Of a DNA stretch of 64,000 nucleotides, positions 1 to 7,762 are shown in pieces. This DNA comes from an uncultured Ignavibacteriaceae bacterium (GTDB lineage Bacteria > Bacteroidota > Ignavibacteria > UBA10030): the NCBI GenBank assembly GCA_964651225.1, contig CAZYYD010000022.1:2131-66130 (forward strand), given 5' to 3'. The notes under the pieces were generated by a model. The model did not search any database and had not been told where the DNA came from. It saw only the letters and a list, made by a program, of their open reading frames with translations. A program made the position numbers and the translations under genes. How positions within the stretch are numbered: the first letter of the stretch is position 1; each line of letters opens with the position of its first letter.

Positions 1-534
1 AAGACTGTCTTTGAGTGTAGAACTCACTCCTTCAAAATCGACATTACATCCATCGGCGCTGCGGACATTGATCTGTGTGATGATGTTGTTGATAAGTGCC
101 TGACGTTTTGTGTTGTTATTCAGAATCGCCGAGTGTCCGCTGAACAATGTGACAGCAAAATGAACTTTGATTCCATAGCTCTGCGCAAGGGAAACCACAT
201 TGGCTGAGGACCATAAATGCGTCGAAGAAAATCCTCCATTTGATGTATCGATATCTCCGCTGAAATAGACAAGATGCGTCAGAAGGGAAAAATAATAATT
301 CGATTCCGAACCATTCTGCCAATAGGGATGAAACCCGTACACCACATGAGACAGGGCGGTAACCTTCGCGAGATCGGAGCGTTTGGCAAGCGGAGTGACG
401 ACAATTCCCTTCCCGACTTCTTCCTCATGCGCTCTATAATATTCCCACTCGCGCTGCATGATGGATTTATGCTCTTCTTGCGCAAAGACGACTGGTGAAA
501 CAAGAAAGAGCAGTAAGAAAACAATTCGTTTCAT
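1..534 (-). CDS. Glycoside hydrolase family 18-like secreted protein, N-terminal 178 codons (gene runs off the window start)
   Basis: Not in the ORF track because the frame is open at position 1. Reverse-strand ATG at 534-532 with GGAG 4 nt upstream. My translation: MKRIVFLLLFLVSPVVFAQ (signal peptide) ... YGFHPYW ... VRSADGCNVDFEG, resembling the GH18 DGxDxDxE catalytic strand (second Asp is Asn). Confidence 0.6.
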   Translation of the reverse strand, partial: MKRIVFLLLFLVSPVVFAQEEHKSIMQREWEYYRAHEEEVGKGIVVTPLAKRSDLAKVTALSHVVYGFHPYWQNGSESNYYFSLLTHLVYFSGDIDTSNGGFSSTHLWSSANVVSLAQSYGIKVHFAVTLFSGHSAILNNNTKRQALINNIITQINVRSADGCNVDFEGVSSTLKDSL

Positions 535-577
535 AAAACTCCACGGTACCGCTTCTTCACTACACGTTTACACTGTA

Positions 578-598
578 GCCGCGATCGTTGATCGCGGC
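578..598 (-). promoter_or_regulatory. Perfect 9-bp GC-rich hairpin in the 5' leader of the GH18-like gene
   Basis: GCCGCGATC-GTT-GATCGCGGC about 44 nt upstream of the ATG at 534. An adjacent small hairpin CTACA...TGTAG lies at 560-578. Confidence 0.3.
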
Positions 599-664
599 AT
601 CCTGAAAACCGACGTCATCGACCCATTAAGGCAGGCGGACAGGCTGACGGTTGCAAAATTAAAT

Positions 665-779
665 CCCCTAAGTTAGGAGGGAGATATTCTCCCGACTTGT
701 TTTCCGGACGCACTTTTAATTCATTGCACAGCAACTCGATGCTCCGTGTCAGTTCAGGAGTAAAAATTCCTTCACAACG
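665..779. repeat. Composite intergenic element, copy 1 (block G + block H)
   Basis: Block G is CCCCTAAGTTAGGAGGGAGATATTCTCCCGAC (665-696). Block H is GTTCAGGAGTAAAAATTCCTTCACAACG (752-779). The same two blocks occur in the same order at 987-1072 and 26485-26595. Confidence 0.6.
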
Positions 780-841
780 TGAGATAAATGTCGGACATCA
801 TTCTTTGTTCATGCTCAGGCAGATGTCAGATATTTTTCATC

Positions 842-865
842 GGTTCAGGAATACTCCTTCACAAT
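842..865. repeat. Block H only: GGTTCAGGAATACTCCTTCACAAT
   Basis: TTCAGGA-N7-TTCACAA with AGGA/TCCT pairing. It lies between copies 1 and 2. Confidence 0.5.
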
Positions 866-986
866 TATATTTCACTAAGGAACACAAAGTATCGTCACGA
901 AGAATGATCACAAAGGACACGATGTTTTTTTCTCCGTGTAATTTCGGATCTCCTTCGTGGCACCTCGTGAAACATCTTATCACCAG

Positions 987-1072
987 TCGGGAGGGAGATC
1001 CGCCCGTGTTTTCAACTTCATTGAACACGTTATCTCCTCACCCGGACCAGTTCAGGAAAACTCATTCACAAT
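987..1072. repeat. Composite intergenic element, copy 2 (more degenerate)
   Basis: GTCGGGAGGGAGATCCGCCCG (987-1007) followed by AGTTCAGGAAAACTCATTCACAAT (1049-1072). Confidence 0.5.
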
Positions 1073-1090
1073 TTGCGGGACTTTATGTAC

Positions 1091-1137
1091 AAAAACAATC
1101 CCCTTTGCTCCTCCCTCATGAAGAGGAAGCAAGGGGG
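1091..1137 (-). terminator. Rho-independent terminator of CDS 1200..2768
   Basis: On the minus strand, CCCCCTTGCTTCCTC...GAGGAGCAAAGGGG forms an imperfect ~13-bp stem followed by ATTGTTTTTG. Confidence 0.6.
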
Positions 1138-1163
1138 TCGATCTTTCTACTAACTACCAACAA

Positions 1164-1199
1164 CTGACTACTGATTACTGACCACTGGAGTCTGTTTCC
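1164..1199 (-). repeat. Conserved 3' UTR element, copy A
   Basis: Transcript sense is GGAAACAGACUCCAGUGGUCAGUAAUCAGUAGUCAG, immediately after the TGA stop. It matches 3155..3190 at 35 of 36 nt, while the flanking coding DNA is clearly more diverged. Confidence 0.7.
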
Positions 1200-2768
1200 T
1201 CACTTCATCAATGTCATCTTCACAATCTTGCTGTATTCCTGCGTTTGGATTCTCGCAAAGTAGATGCCGCTTGGCAGGTTTGTAGCATCAAACGTAAACC
1301 GGTATGTCCCTGCTGCGAGATTCTCGTCAGCCAGCCGCGCCACCTCCTGGCCTATACTATTATAGACAGCAAGTTTGACATATTGCGGCAGAGCAAGAGA
1401 TACGGAAAGCGTTGAGCTCGGATTAAAGGGATTCGGAAAATTCTGAGAAAGTTCACATTGCCGAGGCACACTCAATGCCACTTCAGCGGATTGAGAATAT
1501 TTAGACATCCCACCATTGTCGATCTGTTTGAGTCGATAGATAAAGGTCCCTGAAGTCACCGAGACATCCGTGTAGGAATATGTATGAGGCATCGTGCTCG
1601 TTCCATTTCCTTTTACAAATCCGACCTTCATCCATGGTGAATCCCCGATACCCCTTCGTTCAATATCAAAGCCGAAATTATTGGCTTCCGTTGTGGTGAC
1701 CCAGTTGAGCGAAACTGCGCTACCTATGGCTTGCGCAGTGAAGGAAGAAAGTTCTACAGGAAGGGCCGGTGTACCACCAGTAACATAGGCAGCCACCCCT
1801 TCATTGGCACTTACCATAAAGATTGTAAAGGTATCATCTCCATTATTTTTCAGATCTATATCAGCATAACCAGTCGTACTCGATGTCCCCATTGCCGAAG
1901 TTGAAACAGCAGTTATCCCTGCTGAAGGAATACCGCCTGCCATTTTATACACCGATGCAAAACCATACCCACTTGTGGTTCTATCACATACAAAGAGATA
2001 GTCATCGGAACTAACGGTATTGATAAATGCCAGACCTGTGTGTCCTGTAGCATAAGTAGAGCTAGCATTTCCAGCATCGATTGAAGAGCCATCTGAATTA
2101 TGTTTTGAGATTTTTGAACCGGCTGCTTTATAATAGAATGTACCATTGGGTAAGGGCGTGATGGAAGGCTGTGCATTTGTCGTTGCACCTGCCAGGGTAA
2201 TCGTATTGGGAGTGAAACTTCCACCGTTGTCAGATGTTGTGAATTTTATGAGAGTAGTAGTACTTGCAACTGCAGCATAAATGACTAGTGAGTTATCCGA
2301 AGTCGAACCGGCAACAGTCATTTTGTCTCCCATTCTCCCCGTTCCAGTATAGGATATCACATTGGTAGGATCAACACCTTCAGAATCCCATCTGTAAACT
2401 TTGAATTGGGTTGTAGATGCATCTGTTGTCATATTGCAGACAAATATTATTCCGTCGGCAGAAACTCCAACATCACTAATGGCATACGTCCCCCCACTCA
2501 CCCCAGTTAAGCTTAAAGTGCTGACGTCAGAACCATCCGCTGCGCTAAGAATTCTCACAGCAGTTGTCGTACTTCGGGACGTAACAAAGACTCTGTCATT
2601 CGATCCTACATGTCCATATGCAATCCCTCGCTCAGTCGCACTTCCAAACCATGCCGGCATTGTGCTTCCATTCGCTTGAGATCTTTCCCAAACCCTCGTC
2701 AGCGTAACTTGCGCGTAACTACCAACTGAAATTGTTAGTGCTGCAATAAGAATAAGAAGTCTTTTCAT
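1200..2768 (-). CDS. Secreted T9SS cargo protein (unknown N-terminal domain, shared ~190-aa C-terminal module with T9SS sorting domain)
   Basis: Signal peptide MKRLLILIAALTISVGSYAQ. C-terminus NFPNPFNPSSTLSVSL...GIYFARIQTQEYSKIVKMTLMK is typical of Por/T9SS type-A CTDs. The C-terminal 190 aa are about 70% identical by eye to 3191..5395. Confidence 0.8.
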   Translation of the reverse strand: MKRLLILIAALTISVGSYAQVTLTRVWERSQANGSTMPAWFGSATERGIAYGHVGSNDRVFVTSRSTTTAVRILSAADGSDVSTLSLTGVSGGTYAISDVGVSADGIIFVCNMTTDASTTQFKVYRWDSEGVDPTNVISYTGTGRMGDKMTVAGSTSDNSLVIYAAVASTTTLIKFTTSDNGGSFTPNTITLAGATTNAQPSITPLPNGTFYYKAAGSKISKHNSDGSSIDAGNASSTYATGHTGLAFINTVSSDDYLFVCDRTTSGYGFASVYKMAGGIPSAGITAVSTSAMGTSSTTGYADIDLKNNGDDTFTIFMVSANEGVAAYVTGGTPALPVELSSFTAQAIGSAVSLNWVTTTEANNFGFDIERRGIGDSPWMKVGFVKGNGTSTMPHTYSYTDVSVTSGTFIYRLKQIDNGGMSKYSQSAEVALSVPRQCELSQNFPNPFNPSSTLSVSLALPQYVKLAVYNSIGQEVARLADENLAAGTYRFTFDATNLPSGIYFARIQTQEYSKIVKMTLMK

Positions 2769-2852
2769 AAATCCTCCCGAATTGTGAATACATGATTGAT
2801 AAATTATGAGTTCTTGAATTCATTCCGCGAATAGTATCTTTCTACAAAACGA

Positions 2853-2871
2853 TTGTTGTTTTAACCAACAA
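2853..2871. promoter_or_regulatory. Candidate operator (dyad GTTGnTTnAAnCAAC) upstream of the cargo gene
   Basis: TTGTTGTTTTAACCAACAA lies about 94 nt upstream of the start at 2768. The 15-mer GTTGTTTTAACCAAC differs at one central base from GTTGTTTCAACCAAC at 12607-12621. Confidence 0.45.
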
Positions 2872-2898
2872 ATAAAAAACATTATACTTTTTTAAAAT

Positions 2899-2918
2899 AA
2901 ATTCCCTTGCAGGAATTT
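2899..2918. promoter_or_regulatory. Perfect 7-bp inverted repeat AAATTCC-N6-GGAATTT
   Basis: Read directly from the sequence. It lies ~140 nt upstream of the start at 2768. Function is unknown (operator or hairpin). Confidence 0.25.
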
Positions 2919-2951
2919 TCAATCACTCTGTTTCAGAAAGTTGCATGAAAA

Positions 2952-2998
2952 ATTGAAGGATAAAGAATATGGTGATCCACGGAATACCTGAACCACCG
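2952..2998. repeat. Block H copy in inverted orientation
   Basis: The reverse complement reads CGGTGGTTCAGGTATTCCGTGGATCACCATATTCTTTATCCTTCAAT. This is TTCAGG-[27-nt insert]-TCCTTCAAT, and it also shares CGGTGGTTC with 26593-26601. Confidence 0.4.
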
Positions 2999-3081
2999 CG
3001 GCCATTGAACTCTGACTACTAATCTCTGTTCCCTTGCTTTGTCATCAATCCCGAAAGAAAAACTGCTAGATGACCCTTGCG

Positions 3082-3134
3082 AACAAAACACCCCCCTTGC
3101 TCCCCCCTTCAATTCGAAGGGGGAATATGGGGGG
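3082..3134 (-). terminator. Rho-independent terminator of CDS 3191..5395
   Basis: The inner stem CCCCCTTC/GAAGGGGG (3103-3110 / 3116-3123) sits inside an outer CCCCCC/GGGGGG pairing. On the minus strand it is followed by TGTTTTGTT. Confidence 0.55.
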
Positions 3135-3154
3135 TTCAGTTTTTCTTGTAAATC

Positions 3155-3190
3155 CTGATTACTGATTACTGACCACTGGAGTCTGTTTCC
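3155..3190 (-). repeat. Conserved 3' UTR element, copy B
   Basis: Transcript sense is GGAAACAGACUCCAGUGGUCAGUAAUCAGUAAUCAG, directly after the TGA stop of 3191..5395. Confidence 0.7.
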
Positions 3191-5395
3191 TCACTTCATC
3201 AAGAGCATCTTCACAATCTTGGTGAATTCCTGCGTCTGAATTCTTGCAAAGTAGGTACCGCTCGCTAGATTGTAAGCGTTGAATGTATATTGATAGACTC
3301 CAGCCGCAAGATTTTCATCCGCCAGAATACTTACTTCCTGTCCCACCATATTATAGACTGCAAGCCTGACATACTGAGGTTTCGACAGCATCACCGACAA
3401 TGTCGTGCTTGGATTGAAGGGATTCGGATAGTTCTGGGATAACTCGAACGCCTGAGGTAGACCCATAGTAACTTCCGCAGATTGAGAATATTTGAATAGT
3501 CCGGTGTTGTCGATCTGTTTGAGCCGGTAAACAAATGTACCGGAAGTTACGGAGGCATCGGTATAAGAATAGGTTTGAGGTATAGTACTTGTTCCATGGC
3601 CAGCCACAAATCCAACCTTCATCCATTCCGACTTCTGCAGTTCTCTCCGCTCTACTTCAAAGCCATAATTATTCGTTTCCGTTGCAGTAGACCAGGTTAG
3701 CTCAACGCTCGGTCCGCGTGTCGATGCGCAGAAATTTGTCAATTCTGCCGGCAGGGGCTGAACGACAATTTCATCCGCACCCATATAGGGGAAAAAGGCA
3801 TCGCGGGTTTGACCATCGATATCTGTCGTCACCGAAGGAATGGGCGTTCCGCCGAGATTGTAGTCCGGCGTTGTTTTATAGGAATCATTCAGGTGAAGAT
3901 CGGTACTGCTTGCAAATGTCACCGCAACAGATTTGGAGTTTGCGTCTTGTGATGAAGCGGTTTTCCAGGCAGTAAGATCGCTTGTGTTGGAAGCATCATA
4001 AAAACCGATTTGGGCATTTACTGTCCCGCTGCGGTAAAAGTCATTATAATCTGAAGTTAGTGTTCCAACGTTTGGCCTGTAAATATTAAAGGAGGCAAAA
4101 TCATCCTCGTTATTGACGACGATATTGTTTTTCAGAGTATTTGTACCGTCACTGAGGTAGATCCCATAATATTTCACCGCTCCGGCTCCGAGGCTGGCCA
4201 GGTTTTCCATCTGGATGGTGTTATGGTAAATGTTGGCGGTTGCTGTCGCTGAAGAGTTCTTTATTCCGTACACATATGCTGATATATTGGCATTGACCGA
4301 GTTGAGGGCAAATCCACAGATCATGTTGTTGTAGATATTATATGTACCATTTGTCTCAACACTGATCCCTGCATTGCCCGTTGTGTTTGCGGTGGAATTG
4401 ATCGAAGCAACGCTCGATATTTTGTTATTATAGATATTGACCGTCGATCCCGTAAGGACACTGGCACAGAAGATTGCTTCGTTCGTTAAACCGTCATTGA
4501 TATCTTGATTCAGGATAATTTCATTGCCATAAATTTCGGTGCTGCCTGCGTACCAGAGGCCGATTCCTCTTCGTTTTCCTTCAATTTTGTTATTATGGAT
4601 AACGATGTTATTCGGCATTACGGTTGTTGCGGCGGATGCATAGACACCGATTCCCTGTCCGCATTGTGCAACACCGGCAAAATTGGCTTTTAAATAGTTA
4701 TTATCAAATGTAAGATTTGCCGGGATTTTTTCCACTGTCAATGTATTCGCGGCAGTTGCAGACCGTATAAGAATCGCACCGATAAATAGACTCCCTGATG
4801 TGCTCACTGTTTGTACCTGATAATAGACATTACAATTTTTAACGGTACAATTTGCAACATCACCAACAAATGTTATTCCCATAGCATTTCGAACAGCAGT
4901 TGTTGCTGATTGAATTGTTAGATCCCGTGTTATTCCTCCGGGAGTGTTTGACCCGTCAAAAATGATGTTCCGTGTCGTTTTTAAATCTGCCCATGCCATA
5001 CCAGCACTATTCATACCAATGACAAACGCTCCCGACGGACCGGTGTTGCCATCGGATGGATACGAGTTGGTGATGGTAGGTGTTAATGCGGTATACGGTT
5101 TAAATGTGATGGTGAAAGAACCCGGATCAACCGCTAGACCAATCCCTTTTCCACCTGTATTCGGTTCAGTAATATCGCTCGTAATATAGAAAGTGCAATT
5201 ACCGGAAAATGTAGCACCTGCTGTACTCAGCGAATCGAAGACCGCTTTCATAGACAAGAAATCCGGATCTCCGCCTCCAGGTCTTGTTCCAGAAACTCCT
5301 ACGTAGTATGTCCCGCTGTAATCTGTGGCATAAAGCGGTAGTGCAAAGACCAGCAGACATACCAGCACTGCCAAAGTTGTAGATAGTCTTTTCAT
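3191..5395 (-). CDS. Secreted T9SS cargo protein with parallel beta-helix-like repeats
   Basis: Signal peptide MKRLSTTLAVLVCLLVFALPLYA. Periodic Asn-rich turns (NCNVYY, IVIHNNKIEG, VNIYNNKISS, YNIYNNMICG, ANIYHNTIQM, TLKNNIVVNN) suggest a right-handed beta-helix. The C-terminal module and T9SS CTD (NYPNPFNPSTTLSV...KIVKMLLMK) are shared with 1200..2768. Confidence 0.8.
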   Translation of the reverse strand: MKRLSTTLAVLVCLLVFALPLYATDYSGTYYVGVSGTRPGGGDPDFLSMKAVFDSLSTAGATFSGNCTFYITSDITEPNTGGKGIGLAVDPGSFTITFKPYTALTPTITNSYPSDGNTGPSGAFVIGMNSAGMAWADLKTTRNIIFDGSNTPGGITRDLTIQSATTAVRNAMGITFVGDVANCTVKNCNVYYQVQTVSTSGSLFIGAILIRSATAANTLTVEKIPANLTFDNNYLKANFAGVAQCGQGIGVYASAATTVMPNNIVIHNNKIEGKRRGIGLWYAGSTEIYGNEIILNQDINDGLTNEAIFCASVLTGSTVNIYNNKISSVASINSTANTTGNAGISVETNGTYNIYNNMICGFALNSVNANISAYVYGIKNSSATATANIYHNTIQMENLASLGAGAVKYYGIYLSDGTNTLKNNIVVNNEDDFASFNIYRPNVGTLTSDYNDFYRSGTVNAQIGFYDASNTSDLTAWKTASSQDANSKSVAVTFASSTDLHLNDSYKTTPDYNLGGTPIPSVTTDIDGQTRDAFFPYMGADEIVVQPLPAELTNFCASTRGPSVELTWSTATETNNYGFEVERRELQKSEWMKVGFVAGHGTSTIPQTYSYTDASVTSGTFVYRLKQIDNTGLFKYSQSAEVTMGLPQAFELSQNYPNPFNPSTTLSVMLSKPQYVRLAVYNMVGQEVSILADENLAAGVYQYTFNAYNLASGTYFARIQTQEFTKIVKMLLMK

Positions 5396-5710
5396 GGCAT
5401 ATTACTCCTTAGAATAGTTATGGATAGTGGATTAGATGAACGAATAAGAGATATGAGAATTTCTTGATAGGGGCCATTACAATAAATCCCTTCCTCCGGA
5501 AATAGAACTTTCTGCATGCTCATGAAGGTTTACACTGCTCTTCACAGAATTTATGAAGAGGAAGACTACTGCATGGGATGTGTAACTATTTTGAATTCCA
5601 TGTGAATATGGAAGAATGTTAAGAGAATAACAAGTGATAATTAAAGCTGCCCCAAGTTTATAGATCCGGTCTTCTTCACACCTTCAAAGCCGCGTTATAG
5701 GACATAAACG

Positions 5711-7696
5711 CTACGTCAAATTCGTAAGAAACTCGGCCACTTTTTTCGCTTTCGCCTCAATCTTGGCGCTGTCCTCTTTCACTCCTTTCACAAAACTATT
5801 CTGTTCGAACGTGCCGCGAACCGCAGCAAAATCGGCATCGCGTACAACTTCGTCACCATCCAATCCATAACTGAGCTTCGTATCGGTGTTAAACTCCTTC
5901 TGAGCATCCTGCAGAATCATATTGTTGAACTTCAACGACGCAGTTTTCCATTCTCCGACAAGCGTTTTCAGCGTTTCTGCCGTTATGGTGCCGAGAAGCT
6001 GATTCGACCGCATTTCGATGAGTTTCGCACACCATTTCCATTCTTCCTGTTCATAGTCCTCGTGAATCTTCGAAAGCTGAGTATGCAAATCCTGAAGATC
6101 CTTAATCTTTCTGTCCACAATCTGATTGACAAAATCGTTCATAGCCGGTTCTGTCGCAAACAATCCGTTGATATCAACCCATCGCAGCAACTCTTTGTCG
6201 ATATGGTGAGAAAGAGCGAGCTGAATATCTTTCAGCGTAGACTTGCTGCCAAGATTGTCGAGTTTCCGTAGAAGGCAATCACCTACAAATATCCTGATCG
6301 CTATCTCATAATTCTCCATCGAAGTTTTCACAACCTTTTTCTGGATAGCAACGCCATGAAAATCCAAATATTCCTGTCCTTCCGGTGTGTTCTGAGAAAG
6401 CTCATGAAGTTTTTCGAGACCTCGCAGCATTTTACCAATGACGAACGGCGAGAGCACTTGAAAATGCAGTAAATCTAATTTATGGGAATCTTTTCGTCCA
6501 TCCCGGGCAGGCCATTTCATACCATCGCGCTTTGTACCGACTGTAAATAGATTCCACCCCGGAATACAGATACTTTTCCCTCCATGTTCTCTGATCAAAG
6601 AAAATGGAAGATCAGAAGTGTTGAAATTTGCATAATGTTTACCAAGGACGGCGGTGAATGGTCCGACACGAACGGGCCAAGAAAGATAGCTGAATGAACC
6701 TGTCTTTGATCCTCGCTCAAGGATTCCCTGATGTACGGGTCCGAGCTTGTACATATGGTTACTTTGATTCGATCCGCTGCCGGCATTATAGAAAGAGAAA
6801 AATCCGGCAATCAGTAATGTAGATTTATGGTGCGTTACGGTATAGGGACCGGCGAATACCGAACATCCCTCACCGTGGAATAATTCGGAGTTGCAGAAGA
6901 AGGCAGAATTTTCCGCTGAATACTGCTTCCCCACCTTGACACTCTGTCCGACAAAACATCTTTCCAGAATTGCAGACTGATCAATTTTTGAGCCCGAGAG
7001 AACAATAAATTTCTTAGCGATGACCCCTGATCCTATAGTCACAGGCGCCTCGCGACAGCTTTGTATGGTCCCCTCCTCCAAACAGACCACCCCCTCAATC
7101 TGTGCATAAGCACCGATATGGACATTTGTTATGGTCGTTGTATGGGCAATACGGACATGGGTTTCAATCACACCGCGGCTTGCAGTCCTGCCTGCGACGT
7201 AGCCGTCAATCATGGCATTCAGTTTCTCGATCAGCGGTGCATTATGACGATACATCACGATCATATATGCCATCTGAGCGGACAACCGGTCGAAGATCTT
7301 CAAGGTGCGGCCCCCTGCCTCATTCAGGACATCAATTTCAACACCGTTGCCGAACGAGGTTGCTCCCGTCACCCGTATCGCGCCGGCGTGTTCGATGACA
7401 ACATCGCCTGCAATGTTATAGTTCGCCAGCATGTCAGCATTCGACACAAAGACATTATCACCCACCGAACAATTATGGATTTGGCAGTTGGAGAGTCCGC
7501 ATTCTTTTTCGATGCCGTCCGGTAGGAGAACTTTTTTGTTGAATACTCCAAGCCGTACATCGCCGCTGAAAGTGACATTTCTTAATCGATGAACAAGAAA
7601 CGGATCCTTCACCTGAATACGATTCCATTCATCGGCACAACAGCCTTGATCCCTGAGCTGTGAAATCTCAGTTTCTGATAATGATCTATACTCCAT
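5711..7696 (-). CDS. Hexapeptide/left-handed beta-helix-like protein with helical C-terminal half (DUF4954-like by recollection)
   Basis: 661-aa ORF. The N-terminal half is rich in short I/V-G-x repeats (VGDNVFVSNA, IAGDVVIEHAG, IGAYAQIEG, IGSGVIAKK). Length, the LS.TEI..L...GC.A..W N-terminus and the position next to nagB match my memory of the DUF4954 family. This was not verified. Confidence 0.55.
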   Translation of the reverse strand: MEYRSLSETEISQLRDQGCCADEWNRIQVKDPFLVHRLRNVTFSGDVRLGVFNKKVLLPDGIEKECGLSNCQIHNCSVGDNVFVSNADMLANYNIAGDVVIEHAGAIRVTGATSFGNGVEIDVLNEAGGRTLKIFDRLSAQMAYMIVMYRHNAPLIEKLNAMIDGYVAGRTASRGVIETHVRIAHTTTITNVHIGAYAQIEGVVCLEEGTIQSCREAPVTIGSGVIAKKFIVLSGSKIDQSAILERCFVGQSVKVGKQYSAENSAFFCNSELFHGEGCSVFAGPYTVTHHKSTLLIAGFFSFYNAGSGSNQSNHMYKLGPVHQGILERGSKTGSFSYLSWPVRVGPFTAVLGKHYANFNTSDLPFSLIREHGGKSICIPGWNLFTVGTKRDGMKWPARDGRKDSHKLDLLHFQVLSPFVIGKMLRGLEKLHELSQNTPEGQEYLDFHGVAIQKKVVKTSMENYEIAIRIFVGDCLLRKLDNLGSKSTLKDIQLALSHHIDKELLRWVDINGLFATEPAMNDFVNQIVDRKIKDLQDLHTQLSKIHEDYEQEEWKWCAKLIEMRSNQLLGTITAETLKTLVGEWKTASLKFNNMILQDAQKEFNTDTKLSYGLDGDEVVRDADFAAVRGTFEQNSFVKGVKEDSAKIEAKAKKVAEFLTNLT

Positions 7697-7710
7697 TGTT
7701 CAGTCCTTCC

Positions 7711-7743
7711 CAAAAAGAGGAACCCGCCGGCTGTTTCCGGCGG
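7711..7743 (-). terminator. Hairpin plus T-run downstream of nagB
   Basis: CCGCCGG-CTGTTT-CCGGCGG (7724-7743) is a perfect 7-bp stem. On the minus strand it is followed by GTTCCTCTTTTTGG. Confidence 0.55.
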
Positions 7744-7762
7744 TCTATTCTGAGTTCTACGA

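Noticed and set aside
697-1167. 156-aa plus-strand ORF covering the long intergenic spacer (and the analogous 92-aa ORF at 26430..26708).
   Set aside because: It starts at a TTG 16 nt after the AGGAGG run and has a low-complexity, Ser/His/Phe-rich translation. The two ORFs share nucleotide blocks but no protein-level similarity or common reading frame, so the conservation is at the DNA/RNA level.
7061-7525. Antisense ORFs of 60-220 aa inside large genes (for example 7061..7525, 10042..10452, 28385..28903, 37180..37692, 53431..53814, 57474..58109, 58750..59421).
   Set aside because: All lie fully within, and opposite to, ORFs with strong family motifs. Their translations are compositionally odd (Arg/Ser/Cys/His-rich) with no motifs. 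They are typical shadow ORFs.
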